Assembly: GCA_031414775.1 (NCBI GenBank)
Contig: JANOQI010000058.1
Span: 1-27,954 of the forward strand
Direction: 5' to 3'
Length of the DNA: 27,954 nt
Origin: Synechococcales cyanobacterium VAR_4_metabat_354
GTDB taxonomy: Bacteria; Cyanobacteriota; Cyanobacteriia; Cyanobacteriales; Chamaesiphonaceae
The translations under genes were made by a program, and so were the position numbers. Numbering within the stretch: the stretch's first letter is position 1; every line of letters begins with the position of its first letter. Shown piece by piece: positions 10,352 through 19,062 of the stretch. The notes beneath the pieces were generated by a model that saw only the letters and a program-made list of their open reading frames with translations, was not told the DNA's origin and searched no databases.

Positions 10352-10409
10352 ACGCAGTTGACTCAAAATCATCCGCGAAAGCGTGCCGGTTCGAGTCCGG
10401 CGTTGCCCA
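10330..10409 (+). tRNA. trnL-CAA: tRNA-Leu(CAA)
   Basis: Acceptor GGGCGAC/GTTGCCC plus discriminator A; D-loop GAATTGGTAGA; anticodon loop CTCAAAA; variable arm CGC-GAAA-GCG; T arm GCCGG-TTCGAGT-CCGGC; CCA not encoded. Confidence 0.96.
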
Positions 10410-10424
10410 TTTACAGAAGCCAAG

Positions 10425-10457
10425 ATAACTTACCCAGCGGGTAGGTTATTTTTTTTG
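10425..10457 (+). terminator. Intrinsic terminator after tRNA-Leu
   Basis: ATAACTTACCC-AGC-GGGTAGGTTAT hairpin followed by a T tract. Confidence 0.8.
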
Positions 10458-10557
10458 ATATCGATACGTTAACAAAAGTAGCCATCTATTAGGACAAGTC
10501 CAGGTTTTTGTGGCATCATAAATCTTTGCTTTATGTAACTCTTCCCCATTACTTCTT

Positions 10558-11193
10558 ATGCAGTTAAGACTAGGTGATACCGCCCCAAATTTCACCCAAG
10601 CTTCTACCCATGGCGACATTAATTTTTACCAATGGGCTGGTGATAGCTGGGTTGTTCTATTTTCTCACCCCGCCGACTTTACGCCGGTTTGCACCACCGA
10701 ACTAGGTGAAGTAGCCAAACTCAAGCCAGAATTCGATAAACGTAATGTCAAGCCCATCGCGCTCAGTGTTGATGATGTAGCCTCCCATAATGGTTGGGTC
10801 GGCGACATCGAAGAAACTCAAGGCACTGCTTTGAACTATCCGATTCTGGCCGATCCAGATAAGAAGGTTTCAGATCTTTACGACATGATCCACCCCAACG
10901 CCAACGCCAAGGTGACAGTTCGATCGGTATTTGTAATCGACAACAACAAAAAACTGCGCTTAACCATCACTTATCCACCTAGCACTGGCCGTAATTTCGA
11001 TGAAATTTTGCGAGTGATTGATTCGCTGCAACTTACCGACAATTACAGCGTGGCTACTCCAGCCAACTGGGTAGATGGTGATGATTGTGTGGTAGTACCG
11101 ACCATTTCCACTGCCGATGCTCAAGTAAAATTCCCTAAAGGAGTCAAAGAAATCAAGCCTTATCTGCGGATGACTCCGCAGCCGAATAAGTAG
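10558..11193 (+). CDS. 1-Cys peroxiredoxin (Prx6 family)
   Basis: FSHPADFTPVCTTELG active site; YPPSTGRNFDEILR. Confidence 0.95.
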   Translation: MQLRLGDTAPNFTQASTHGDINFYQWAGDSWVVLFSHPADFTPVCTTELGEVAKLKPEFDKRNVKPIALSVDDVASHNGWVGDIEETQGTALNYPILADPDKKVSDLYDMIHPNANAKVTVRSVFVIDNNKKLRLTITYPPSTGRNFDEILRVIDSLQLTDNYSVATPANWVDGDDCVVVPTISTADAQVKFPKGVKEIKPYLRMTPQPNK

Positions 11194-11213
11194 ATTTACT
11201 ACTCAGCATCTAG

Positions 11214-11238
11214 ATCCCCGCAATTGCGGGGATTTTTT
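11214..11238 (+). terminator. Intrinsic terminator after the peroxiredoxin gene
   Basis: Perfect palindrome ATCCCCGCAATTGCGGGGAT followed by TTTTT. Confidence 0.85.
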
Positions 11239-11302
11239 ATGTCGATCGACACCAGCTTTTCGTTAGAATAGCTATTGGCTCCCGTGTCCGGTTCTATTTT
11301 AA

Positions 11303-12004
11303 ATGAGTGATTCTTCCGCTGCGCTAACTTTTTTAGCGTTTCAACAAAAATTTGCTGCTGCCACCGAAAAAAATCGATTGCAATTGTTAACAGAGATTGA
11401 TAATACCGATCCTGCTGCTTTAGAGTTTTTAAAAACGGTGGTATCCGAACCAGTCACAAACTGGCCAACGTTATTGCAGGGCAAAGCTTATCAACGGCTG
11501 TACGAATCACCCTTGCCCATGGCCACCGATTTTTTACAATCCACCTTTCCGGCTGGCATTGTCCCACTGAAATCTGCTGCGGGGGTGGAATATCAAGATC
11601 TACAACAGTTGTTGATCGATCGACAGTGGCAAGACGCTGATAAACTCACCAACCTCAAACTCTGCGAATTAGCTGGTCCCATCGCCCTCCAGCGCCAGTG
11701 GCTCTACTTTACCGACATCAAAACGCTGCCGATTCTGGATTTACAAACGATCGATCGACTGTGGTGGACATATTCAGAAGGGATGTTTGGTTTCGCAGTC
11801 CAACGCGACATTTGGCTGAGTGTCAGCAAAAACTGGGACAAGCTCTGGCCTAAAATCGGCTGGAAAGATGGCATCTACTGGACCCGTTATCCGGGCAGCT
11901 TCACCTGGGATATGAGTGCCCCACGCGGTCATCTGCCCCTTTCCAATCAACTACGCGGAGTTCGATCGATGGCTGCTCTGCTGGCTCATCCAGCTTGGCA
12001 GTAA
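11303..12004 (+). CDS. gun4: GUN4 (Ycf53) Mg-chelatase activator
   Basis: DLQTIDRLWWTYSEGMFGFAVQRDIW, WPKIGWK, PRGHLPLSNQLRGVR. Confidence 0.93.
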   Translation: MSDSSAALTFLAFQQKFAAATEKNRLQLLTEIDNTDPAALEFLKTVVSEPVTNWPTLLQGKAYQRLYESPLPMATDFLQSTFPAGIVPLKSAAGVEYQDLQQLLIDRQWQDADKLTNLKLCELAGPIALQRQWLYFTDIKTLPILDLQTIDRLWWTYSEGMFGFAVQRDIWLSVSKNWDKLWPKIGWKDGIYWTRYPGSFTWDMSAPRGHLPLSNQLRGVRSMAALLAHPAWQ

Positions 12005-12166
12005 TTAAATCCAGCAGGCAATTACCATATCCGTAATGAGTCACGATCTGACCTCAAGCCTTAGAGTCTGTTACTTCTAGAAGAGTCGGGGGCATCTTAT
12101 TATTAGGTACCATGTCTAAAAAACAAACCCTTCTTTCCAATTCATGTCACAGCAGGTGGCAGGCAC

Positions 12167-13435
12167 ATGCTGAATTCAGATATTCTTCAACTGAATACTA
12201 AAAATAGCCACCGAGTAAGCTCCCCAAAACATCAACAAATCGTGACGGACAAAAGCTTAAAGAAAAACAGTTTAGCCAAAACCTATCAACAAGCAGTGAT
12301 CAAAGCTAGCCGGATATTAGAAATACCGCTAGCGATTTTGTCAGTGTTCGGCGAAACTGAAACGATCCAGGCAGCGGTAGGTCTGGAAGTATTACCCCTC
12401 AACATTCTAGATGTATCACCGCAAATGTTGGGCATCCAAAAATGTAGCCAGTATTTAGAATGCAGCCATCAAGGATTAACGATCGCTGATGTGAAAATGT
12501 CTGGCCAGTATTTTGACCAAGCTGTGATGATCAAGTCTTATTTGGGCGTACCACTACTCACGAGAGCTGGTGACTGCTTGGGCACATTAGCTGTCATGGA
12601 TACCCAAGCGCGATCCTTTACAGCTCAGCAGCAAGACATGCTAGATACGATCGGCTGCTGGCTAGTTTGCGAGCTGGAGCGAGAAATTTTACTCAAGGCT
12701 CAAATTGCTAATTTCTTCGACTTGCATGGCAACAAGCCCGACACCGGGTTAGATCAATCCCTAGAAACAGCCACCAAGTTTAATTTACTGACCCATTTAT
12801 CCCAATCTCTACGCACTCCACTAACAGCGATTGTCGGCATGACCAGCGTCTTGCAAAGAGAGTTATATGGACCACTCAATGAAAAACAACAAAGCTATAC
12901 CAATATCATTAATCATAGCGGTCAACAGTTAGTGGCGTTGGTCAACGAGATCACCAATTTAGGTGAACTAGACCAACTAGACAGTAAGCCAGTTTTAAAA
13001 GCAGTAGATATTGAAATGCTCTGCCAACAATCCATTCGAGACTTGGAAACTATTCTTAAACAGCGCCGCCAGCATGTCGAACTGGTCATAACAAGTACGC
13101 AACGTATTTGTTTAGTCGATCGAGACAAGGTACGCCAAATTATTTATTATGTGATGCTCAGCACCCTGCAAAAAATTGATCCTGGTCATCAGATTCATCT
13201 CCAAGTATTCACTAGCCAAGATCAACTGATCATTGAAATCAAACCCATCCCTGTTCATAACTTGCGAGTATTACCCGGTGGTAATACACCAATGATTGAT
13301 ATCACCCATGCTCAATTGGGATTAGTGCTCAGTCATGTCCTCACCGAAGGACATCACGGTTCCTTAGAAACAATAAACGATAGCGGCTACCGGTTAAGTT
13401 TGCCCCTAATTACCGGGGGCTTGGAAGAGCACTAA
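12167..13435 (+). CDS. GAF-domain histidine kinase-like protein with degenerate catalytic motifs
   Basis: GAF (SYLGVPLLTRAGDCLGTLAVMD), HisKA-like LSQSLRTPLTAIVG, eroded HATPase. Confidence 0.8.
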   Translation: MLNSDILQLNTKNSHRVSSPKHQQIVTDKSLKKNSLAKTYQQAVIKASRILEIPLAILSVFGETETIQAAVGLEVLPLNILDVSPQMLGIQKCSQYLECSHQGLTIADVKMSGQYFDQAVMIKSYLGVPLLTRAGDCLGTLAVMDTQARSFTAQQQDMLDTIGCWLVCELEREILLKAQIANFFDLHGNKPDTGLDQSLETATKFNLLTHLSQSLRTPLTAIVGMTSVLQRELYGPLNEKQQSYTNIINHSGQQLVALVNEITNLGELDQLDSKPVLKAVDIEMLCQQSIRDLETILKQRRQHVELVITSTQRICLVDRDKVRQIIYYVMLSTLQKIDPGHQIHLQVFTSQDQLIIEIKPIPVHNLRVLPGGNTPMIDITHAQLGLVLSHVLTEGHHGSLETINDSGYRLSLPLITGGLEEH

Positions 13436-13482
13436 GCCAGTATTTGATATGATGTGGGTCAACTATGCGTAGCTGACTCTTT

Positions 13483-14901
13483 ATGAATTCCCTTTGGCAA
13501 AAACTTACCCTCATGGAGGTGTCTCTGCCACAATGGCAACGGCACAGCTATTTAACTCGTTGGATTGGGGCTGTCCAAGAGTGGCGGGTCAGCAGTTGGA
13601 TTTTGCAATGGGGCGAATCGATCGGAGCCTTAATTACTGTCGCCATTTTAGGGATGAGTCCCTTTGTCACTACCAATTTTCTAGCCTTTTTCCTGACCAT
13701 TAGCGCTGTTTTTTGGATTTTACTAACCATCGCTGATGATGGGCCGCAGGGCTTTACCCCAATTCATCTCACCATAATTGTCTATTTGGCAATCGCCGTT
13801 TTAGCTTCAGCTTTTGCCCCCGAAAAATCCCTGGGATTGAAAGGACTCAAAATGCTAGCCTTCAATGAGGGAATCGCCAAGCTGTCGCTATATTTACTCT
13901 TTTTCGCCATGTCTGCTAGACTCTTGCGATCGGCCAGGCTGCGCTCCTGGATTCTGGGCATTTACTTACATATCGCTTTGTTGATCAGTGCGTTTGGTGT
14001 TCAGCAGTCCATTTATGGTGCTAGAGCACTGGCTACTTGGGTCGATCCAGAATCCCCCCTAGCCAAAACCACCCGCGCCTATAGCTATTTAGGCAATCCG
14101 AATGTGCTAGCGGGTTACTTACTCCCAGCGATCGCCCTGAGCATCGCCGCCGTTTTTACCTGGCAGCGAAAACTACCAAAAGCCCTGGCAGTTTTTATGG
14201 TGATGGTCAATAGTTGGTGTCTATATGCCACCCAGAGTCGCGGCGGCTGGATTGCTTTTCTAGCAATGATCGTGATAGCCGGAGTAGGGGTCTACTATTG
14301 GTATCGGCCAAAACTGTCACCTTTTTGGCGGTTATGGCTGCTCCCGATCGCCTGTGGGGCAGCGATTGTTCTGGTGGGTGGTGCTGTAGCAATATCACCA
14401 ATATTACGAGAGCGGTTATCGAGCATTTTTACGAGCAGAGGCGATAGTAGCAATAACTTCCGCATCAATGTCTGGGCAGCTGCCGACGAAATGATTAAAA
14501 GAAGGCCAATTTTGGGAATTGGTTATGGCGATCGAGTATTCAAGAAAGTCTATCCCCTCTACCAAATCAATCCTAAGTACAGTGCCCTCAGCACCTACTC
14601 GATCTATCGAGAAACCATTGTCGAGACTGGATTTGTGGGTTTATTTTCTTTACTGTGGCTGATGCTAGTAGCTGGGTGCCAAGGAGTACTGCCGCTGCAC
14701 CGTCTCCGGCAGAGCGGCGATACCCACTATTTTTGGCTATTGGGTGGATTGGCTGGGGCGATCGGACTGGCAGTGCAAGGATTTTTTGACACCGTTTGGT
14801 ATCGACCAGTAATCAACATTTTGTGGTGGTTAATGCTCGCGATCATTGCTAGCTTCTACTATCCAGCTCTCACATCACAGACCCCCCAAGAGTCGTCTTA
14901 G
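13483..14901 (+). CDS. ictB: IctB family membrane protein (O-antigen ligase-like)
   Basis: LATWVDPES, RAYSYLGNPNVLAGYL, TQSRGGW, DSSNNFRINVW, FDTVWYRP; many TM segments. Confidence 0.93.
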   Translation: MNSLWQKLTLMEVSLPQWQRHSYLTRWIGAVQEWRVSSWILQWGESIGALITVAILGMSPFVTTNFLAFFLTISAVFWILLTIADDGPQGFTPIHLTIIVYLAIAVLASAFAPEKSLGLKGLKMLAFNEGIAKLSLYLLFFAMSARLLRSARLRSWILGIYLHIALLISAFGVQQSIYGARALATWVDPESPLAKTTRAYSYLGNPNVLAGYLLPAIALSIAAVFTWQRKLPKALAVFMVMVNSWCLYATQSRGGWIAFLAMIVIAGVGVYYWYRPKLSPFWRLWLLPIACGAAIVLVGGAVAISPILRERLSSIFTSRGDSSNNFRINVWAAADEMIKRRPILGIGYGDRVFKKVYPLYQINPKYSALSTYSIYRETIVETGFVGLFSLLWLMLVAGCQGVLPLHRLRQSGDTHYFWLLGGLAGAIGLAVQGFFDTVWYRPVINILWWLMLAIIASFYYPALTSQTPQESS

Positions 14902-14922
14902 TCACCAGCCCCAAGACTCGGA

Positions 14923-15561
14923 CTAACGACCAAAGATACCGAGTACCTTGTGATTTTGTTGCTGAGAATGCTCGGGGGTTTGAGATTCATTAACTTCAAA
15001 TATCCCCAAAACTTTTCTCTTGACAGGCTGATGGGAGCGTGGGATACCAGCTCGACCCGCTGATGGCCGATGAGTGTCGTTATTTCGACCAAAGATGCCA
15101 CCGGACACTCGGCCCTCGCGCGGATGGTCATGGTCATAGCCGCCCCGACCCCACCCATAACTAGAAGAATGGGAAGAAGCTGAAGAGCCGCCTCGACCCC
15201 AACCATAACCAGAAGAATGGGAAGAAGCTGAAGAGCCACCTCGACCCCAACCGTACTTGGGAGCATGAGAAGAAGTTGAAGAGCCACCTCTTCCAAATGG
15301 TGCAGTAGAACGAACAGGAGCTGTCTTTCTCCGGCCAGCTCTTCCGGCGGAGGGTCGATCATCAGGGGTAGACTCTTCGTGATGCTCAGGACGAGCCAAG
15401 CCACCTCGTCCGGCTAATAACAACGACTGTCCAGAAACATTAGAACGCTCAGCAGATGGTTGCTCAGAGTTCGATCGCGCTGCTGCGGGGTGACAGGCTG
15501 CGGTGATCGCTAGCGCGGAAGTCACGAGACAAATTGATGTAAGGCAGCTGATGGATTTCAT
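14923..15561 (-). CDS. Putative exported Gly/Ser/His/Arg-rich low-complexity repeat protein
   Basis: Signal-peptide-like N-terminus (MKSISCLTSICLVTSALAITAACHPAAA); 16-aa repeats GWGRGGSSASSHSSxY whose DNA copies differ mostly at synonymous positions in this frame. Confidence 0.7.
   Translation of the reverse strand: MKSISCLTSICLVTSALAITAACHPAAARSNSEQPSAERSNVSGQSLLLAGRGGLARPEHHEESTPDDRPSAGRAGRRKTAPVRSTAPFGRGGSSTSSHAPKYGWGRGGSSASSHSSGYGWGRGGSSASSHSSSYGWGRGGYDHDHPREGRVSGGIFGRNNDTHRPSAGRAGIPRSHQPVKRKVLGIFEVNESQTPEHSQQQNHKVLGIFGR
15139..15297 (-). repeat. 48-bp coding tandem repeat, about 3.3 copies
   Basis: Units start at 15139, 15187, 15235 and 15283 on the + strand (gcc[ga]cc[ct]cgacccca...gaagaag[ct]tgaaga). 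Confidence 0.9.
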
Positions 15562-15596
15562 GATAAAGAATCTGGTGAAGGTTCATATACCTACCA

Positions 15597-15623
15597 AGAC
15601 CCCGAACAGCTCCTTCTAGTTCC
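15597..15623 (-). promoter_or_regulatory. Putative ECF-sigma (RpoE/SigG-type) promoter of the repeat-protein gene
   Basis: Minus strand GGAACT-N17-GTCT, ending 35 nt upstream of the ATG at 15561. Confidence 0.45.
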
Positions 15624-15707
15624 AAGCATGTAACATCAATGTTGCGAACATGAGGAGCAAGTGGTTTGCCGCTATAGTAGTTTTAGTACTGCCTCATAAG
15701 TCGCACC

Positions 15708-17165
15708 ATGCTCACCACCGATATTGTCCAACCTACCCAGCTATCACATATTTTGGATAATCTCCAAGTCCCAGCTGACTGGATTGGCATCAGATTAGTG
15801 CAAGAAACCACCACCACCCGCTCGGTGCGCGATGGTCAGCCCCAGCGCAATCACAGCGCCATCAACTGGGGAGCGATGGTAGAAGTATTAGTGAATGGTC
15901 AAATGGGCTATGGTGCTACCAATTTGTTGACTCCAGCCGGTTTACAAATGGCGGCCACTGCTGCTACTCAACAAGCGACAGCCACTTACATTGATAGGCT
16001 ACACAATTGGTCGATCGATCAACGCCCTCCTACCGTCGGTGAATATATCTCGCCCATCGCCCAGCCGCTGGATCAGCTGTCAGTAGGAGAAATCAACGAC
16101 CTATTAATCAAGATTTGCCAGACATTACATATTGACGATCGGATCATCCAGACCCAGGCATTAGTAACCACCAAAGATATTAAAACTTGGTACGTCAGCA
16201 GCAATGGTAGCGATATTCATCAACAGATCCGGCTGATCGTGAGTGATTATGGGGCGACGGCTCAAGACAATGGCATAGTGCAAACACGCAGTGATGGGGG
16301 CTTGGGTAGCCACTGTCATCAAGGCGGTTGGGAATATTTCCATACCCCAGACTTATGGAACAGAGTACAACGCATTGGTGAAGAGGCTTTGGAGCTATTG
16401 ACCGCACCGGAATGCCCTAATACTCAAACCACCTTGGTATTAGACCCCGGTCAAATGTTACTGCAAATTCACGAAAGCATTGGTCATCCGTTGGAGATCG
16501 ATCGCATCCTGGGGGATGAGCGTAATTACGCCGGGGGCAGCTTTGTGAAACCCACCGATTTTGGGCATCTGCAATATGGTTCATCCCTGATGAATGTGAC
16601 CTTCGACCCAACAGTGGGTGATGAATTTGCCAGTTATGGCTTTGATGACAGCGGCACCCCAGCCCACAAAGAATACTTAATTAAAGACGGCCAGCTGCTG
16701 CGCGGCCTGGGCAGCGTCGATAGTCAATCCCGGTCTAATTTGCCGGGAGTGGCCTGTAGCCGCGCCTCTGACTGGAATCGCCCGCCGATCGATCGAATGG
16801 CTAATATCAACCTGGAACCAGGTAATTCTAGCTTTACCGAAATCATTAGTGGCATTGAGTCTGGGGTATATATGGAATCAAACCGCTCCTGGTCGATCGA
16901 TGATCAGCGCCACAAATTTCAGTTTGGGTGCGAGTATGCCAAATTAATTAAAGATGGCCAACTGACCACCACCCTGCGCAACCCCAATTATCGAGATATC
17001 ACGCCCAATTTCTGGGGGAATCTGATCGCAGTGGGTGATGCTAGTACTTGGCAAACCTATGGTTCACCTTACTGTGGCAAAGGCGAACCCAATCAAATGA
17101 TTTGGGTTGGCCACGGTTCACCAGTGGCAGCTTTTGCTAATGTCGAAGTATTCGGCGGCGGTTAG
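15708..17165 (+). CDS. tldD: TldD family metalloprotease, catalytic subunit
   Basis: HESIGH (HExxGH), FDDSG, PIDRMAN, C-terminal CGKGEP. Confidence 0.92.
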   Translation: MLTTDIVQPTQLSHILDNLQVPADWIGIRLVQETTTTRSVRDGQPQRNHSAINWGAMVEVLVNGQMGYGATNLLTPAGLQMAATAATQQATATYIDRLHNWSIDQRPPTVGEYISPIAQPLDQLSVGEINDLLIKICQTLHIDDRIIQTQALVTTKDIKTWYVSSNGSDIHQQIRLIVSDYGATAQDNGIVQTRSDGGLGSHCHQGGWEYFHTPDLWNRVQRIGEEALELLTAPECPNTQTTLVLDPGQMLLQIHESIGHPLEIDRILGDERNYAGGSFVKPTDFGHLQYGSSLMNVTFDPTVGDEFASYGFDDSGTPAHKEYLIKDGQLLRGLGSVDSQSRSNLPGVACSRASDWNRPPIDRMANINLEPGNSSFTEIISGIESGVYMESNRSWSIDDQRHKFQFGCEYAKLIKDGQLTTTLRNPNYRDITPNFWGNLIAVGDASTWQTYGSPYCGKGEPNQMIWVGHGSPVAAFANVEVFGGG

Positions 17166-17201
17166 AAAATAAATAATATTCAGCAGCAAGAGCACTTCAT
17201 C

Positions 17202-18536
17202 ATGACTTTTAGTTCGGTAATGGCCACTGGCTTTGAGCAAGTAGTCCAAGATTTACGGCAAAACTTAGCTGATCACGAGCATTTCATCCTGAGCCTGCAT
17301 GGTGAAGACAGCCTCTTTACTCGTTTTAATCGCGCTCAAGTCCGGCAGTCGGGCACTGTTCGCGATGCCCGCTACCAACTAACTCTCTTTAAAGAACAAA
17401 GAAACTGCCGCTACGAGTTCCCTTGTATTGGTACAGAGATCGATCGACAGCAAGCCCAACAAGTTTTGAATGCCCTGCGAGCCGAAATTTTGGGGGTACC
17501 GATCGATCCCTACCAAGTACTGCCCACTGGCAATGCCCACAGCCATCAGGTCAACCTAGGACATTTACTAGCACCCGATCAAATCACCGCCGCCATCCTT
17601 ACCCCTGTCAAAGATTTAGACTTTACCGGCATTTACGCTGGCGGCACCGTGATCCGGGGCTATGCTGATAGCAACGGCCAACAACATTGGTTTGCCACCG
17701 ATACCTTTACCCTGGACTACTCCTTATTTACTGCCGATGGCCAAGCCGTGAAAGGAACGATCGCCGGTAGTGACTGGCTACCCAAAAAATATCAAGCCCA
17801 AATCGCCATCTCTCGTCAGCAATTAGCACGGCTCGCCCAGCCACCACAGACCATTAAGCCTGGTAAATATCGCACCTATTTAGCCCCCGCCGCCGTAGCC
17901 GATTTAGTGGGAATGATGTCTTGGGGCGGTTTGAGTGAGTCTGATATGCAGCAGGGGCAGAGCGGCCTAGCTCAACTGCGCGAGGGTCAACAGCTTTCGG
18001 ATCTGTTCACACTCCAAGAAAATTTTAGTCATGGCCTGGTACCACAGTTCAACCATCTTGGGGAAATTACACCGCAACAATTACCCCTAATTATCACTGG
18101 TCAACTGGTAAATACTTTAGTAAATACCCGCACCGCACGGGAATACCAAAAAGTCTCCAATCAAGCCAACAGCGGCGAATCACTACGAGCGGCGGAAGTT
18201 AACACCGGTCAATTAGCCCAAGTACAAATTTTAGCCGAGCTGGATACTGGCCTCTATCTCAGCAACTTGCACTATCTCAACTGGAGCGATCGACAGACTG
18301 GTCGAATTACCGGCATGACTCGGTATGCTTGTTTTTGGGTAGAGAACGGCAAAATCATTGCGCCGATTAACAATCTCCGCTTTGATGAAAGCCTGTATAA
18401 CTTTTGGGGCAATAATCTGCTATCAGTCACCAACTTTGCAGAATATGCAGCAGACGTGGATAGTTATGGTCAGCGCAGTTTGGGCGGTAGTTGGGTACCA
18501 GGAATGCTGATTAAGGATTTCACTTACACCTTATAA
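17202..18536 (+). CDS. tldE: TldE/PmbA family partner subunit
   Basis: TRFNRAQVRQ, YLAPAAV, ITGMTRYACFWVENG, NLRFDES; no HExxH; directly follows tldD. Confidence 0.85.
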   Translation: MTFSSVMATGFEQVVQDLRQNLADHEHFILSLHGEDSLFTRFNRAQVRQSGTVRDARYQLTLFKEQRNCRYEFPCIGTEIDRQQAQQVLNALRAEILGVPIDPYQVLPTGNAHSHQVNLGHLLAPDQITAAILTPVKDLDFTGIYAGGTVIRGYADSNGQQHWFATDTFTLDYSLFTADGQAVKGTIAGSDWLPKKYQAQIAISRQQLARLAQPPQTIKPGKYRTYLAPAAVADLVGMMSWGGLSESDMQQGQSGLAQLREGQQLSDLFTLQENFSHGLVPQFNHLGEITPQQLPLIITGQLVNTLVNTRTAREYQKVSNQANSGESLRAAEVNTGQLAQVQILAELDTGLYLSNLHYLNWSDRQTGRITGMTRYACFWVENGKIIAPINNLRFDESLYNFWGNNLLSVTNFAEYAADVDSYGQRSLGGSWVPGMLIKDFTYTL

Positions 18537-18980
18537 GCCAAACTCGCGCAGTGCTGGCACAAAATTGTTTTGCTCATGACTAGATCCAGTCAACTTAAAA
18601 AGTGCAAACCGCTGCAAAGGCGATAGTCCAGCCCATTGGTTCAAACTAATTTCTAGGCCAGCATTGCGGCACCGGGATTGGATCAATGCCGGAATCGCTG
18701 TCATATCTGACCAAGGAGGAGCGGGATCGATCGATAGTTCAGTAGCAGTTTCGCCAGTTCTTGATCGAATCATTTTCACCAACAAATCTCGATACTTTTG
18801 GATCTCATCGGCATTGTTGGTTGAATGGTCGGCTAGCTGCTGTCGATCGATCAAATCAAATTTTTCCCACTGGGGTAGCTTCAGCTTAATCCCGCACATA
18901 TCTAAGTGGTAACGCACCTGCATCGGAATGCAACGCAAGGTTTTTACAAAATCGGCTTCAAACTGAAAAAATTCTGCCAT
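18531..18980 (-). CDS. narM: Nitrate reductase-associated maturation protein
   Basis: FFQFEADFVKTLRCIPMQVRYHLDMCGIKLKL...LSPLQRFALFKL...HEQNNFVPALREF. Confidence 0.9.
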   Translation of the reverse strand: MAEFFQFEADFVKTLRCIPMQVRYHLDMCGIKLKLPQWEKFDLIDRQQLADHSTNNADEIQKYRDLLVKMIRSRTGETATELSIDPAPPWSDMTAIPALIQSRCRNAGLEISLNQWAGLSPLQRFALFKLTGSSHEQNNFVPALREFGL

Positions 18981-19062
18981 AACTAACTTTTAATACTAGA
19001 TACTAATGTGGGTGATCGATCGAATAAAATCGACGCTGTATAATGACTTAATATCATTATTT

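Noticed and set aside
10357..10373. T-T mismatch in the tRNA-Leu anticodon stem, suggesting a pseudo-tRNA
   Set aside because: A single mismatch is tolerated; all other arms, a promoter and a terminator are intact
15139..15297. Regular repeats as a possible CRISPR array
   Set aside because: Head-to-tail 48-bp in-frame coding units, no unique spacers, and no cas genes in the window
14898..15404. 168-aa alternative-frame ORF with hydrophobic repeats (VGVEAALQLLPILLVM)
   Set aside because: Overlaps the 14923..15561 ORF on the same strand; differences between repeat copies are mostly synonymous in the Gly/Ser frame, and a stop-free repeat keeps other frames open by chance
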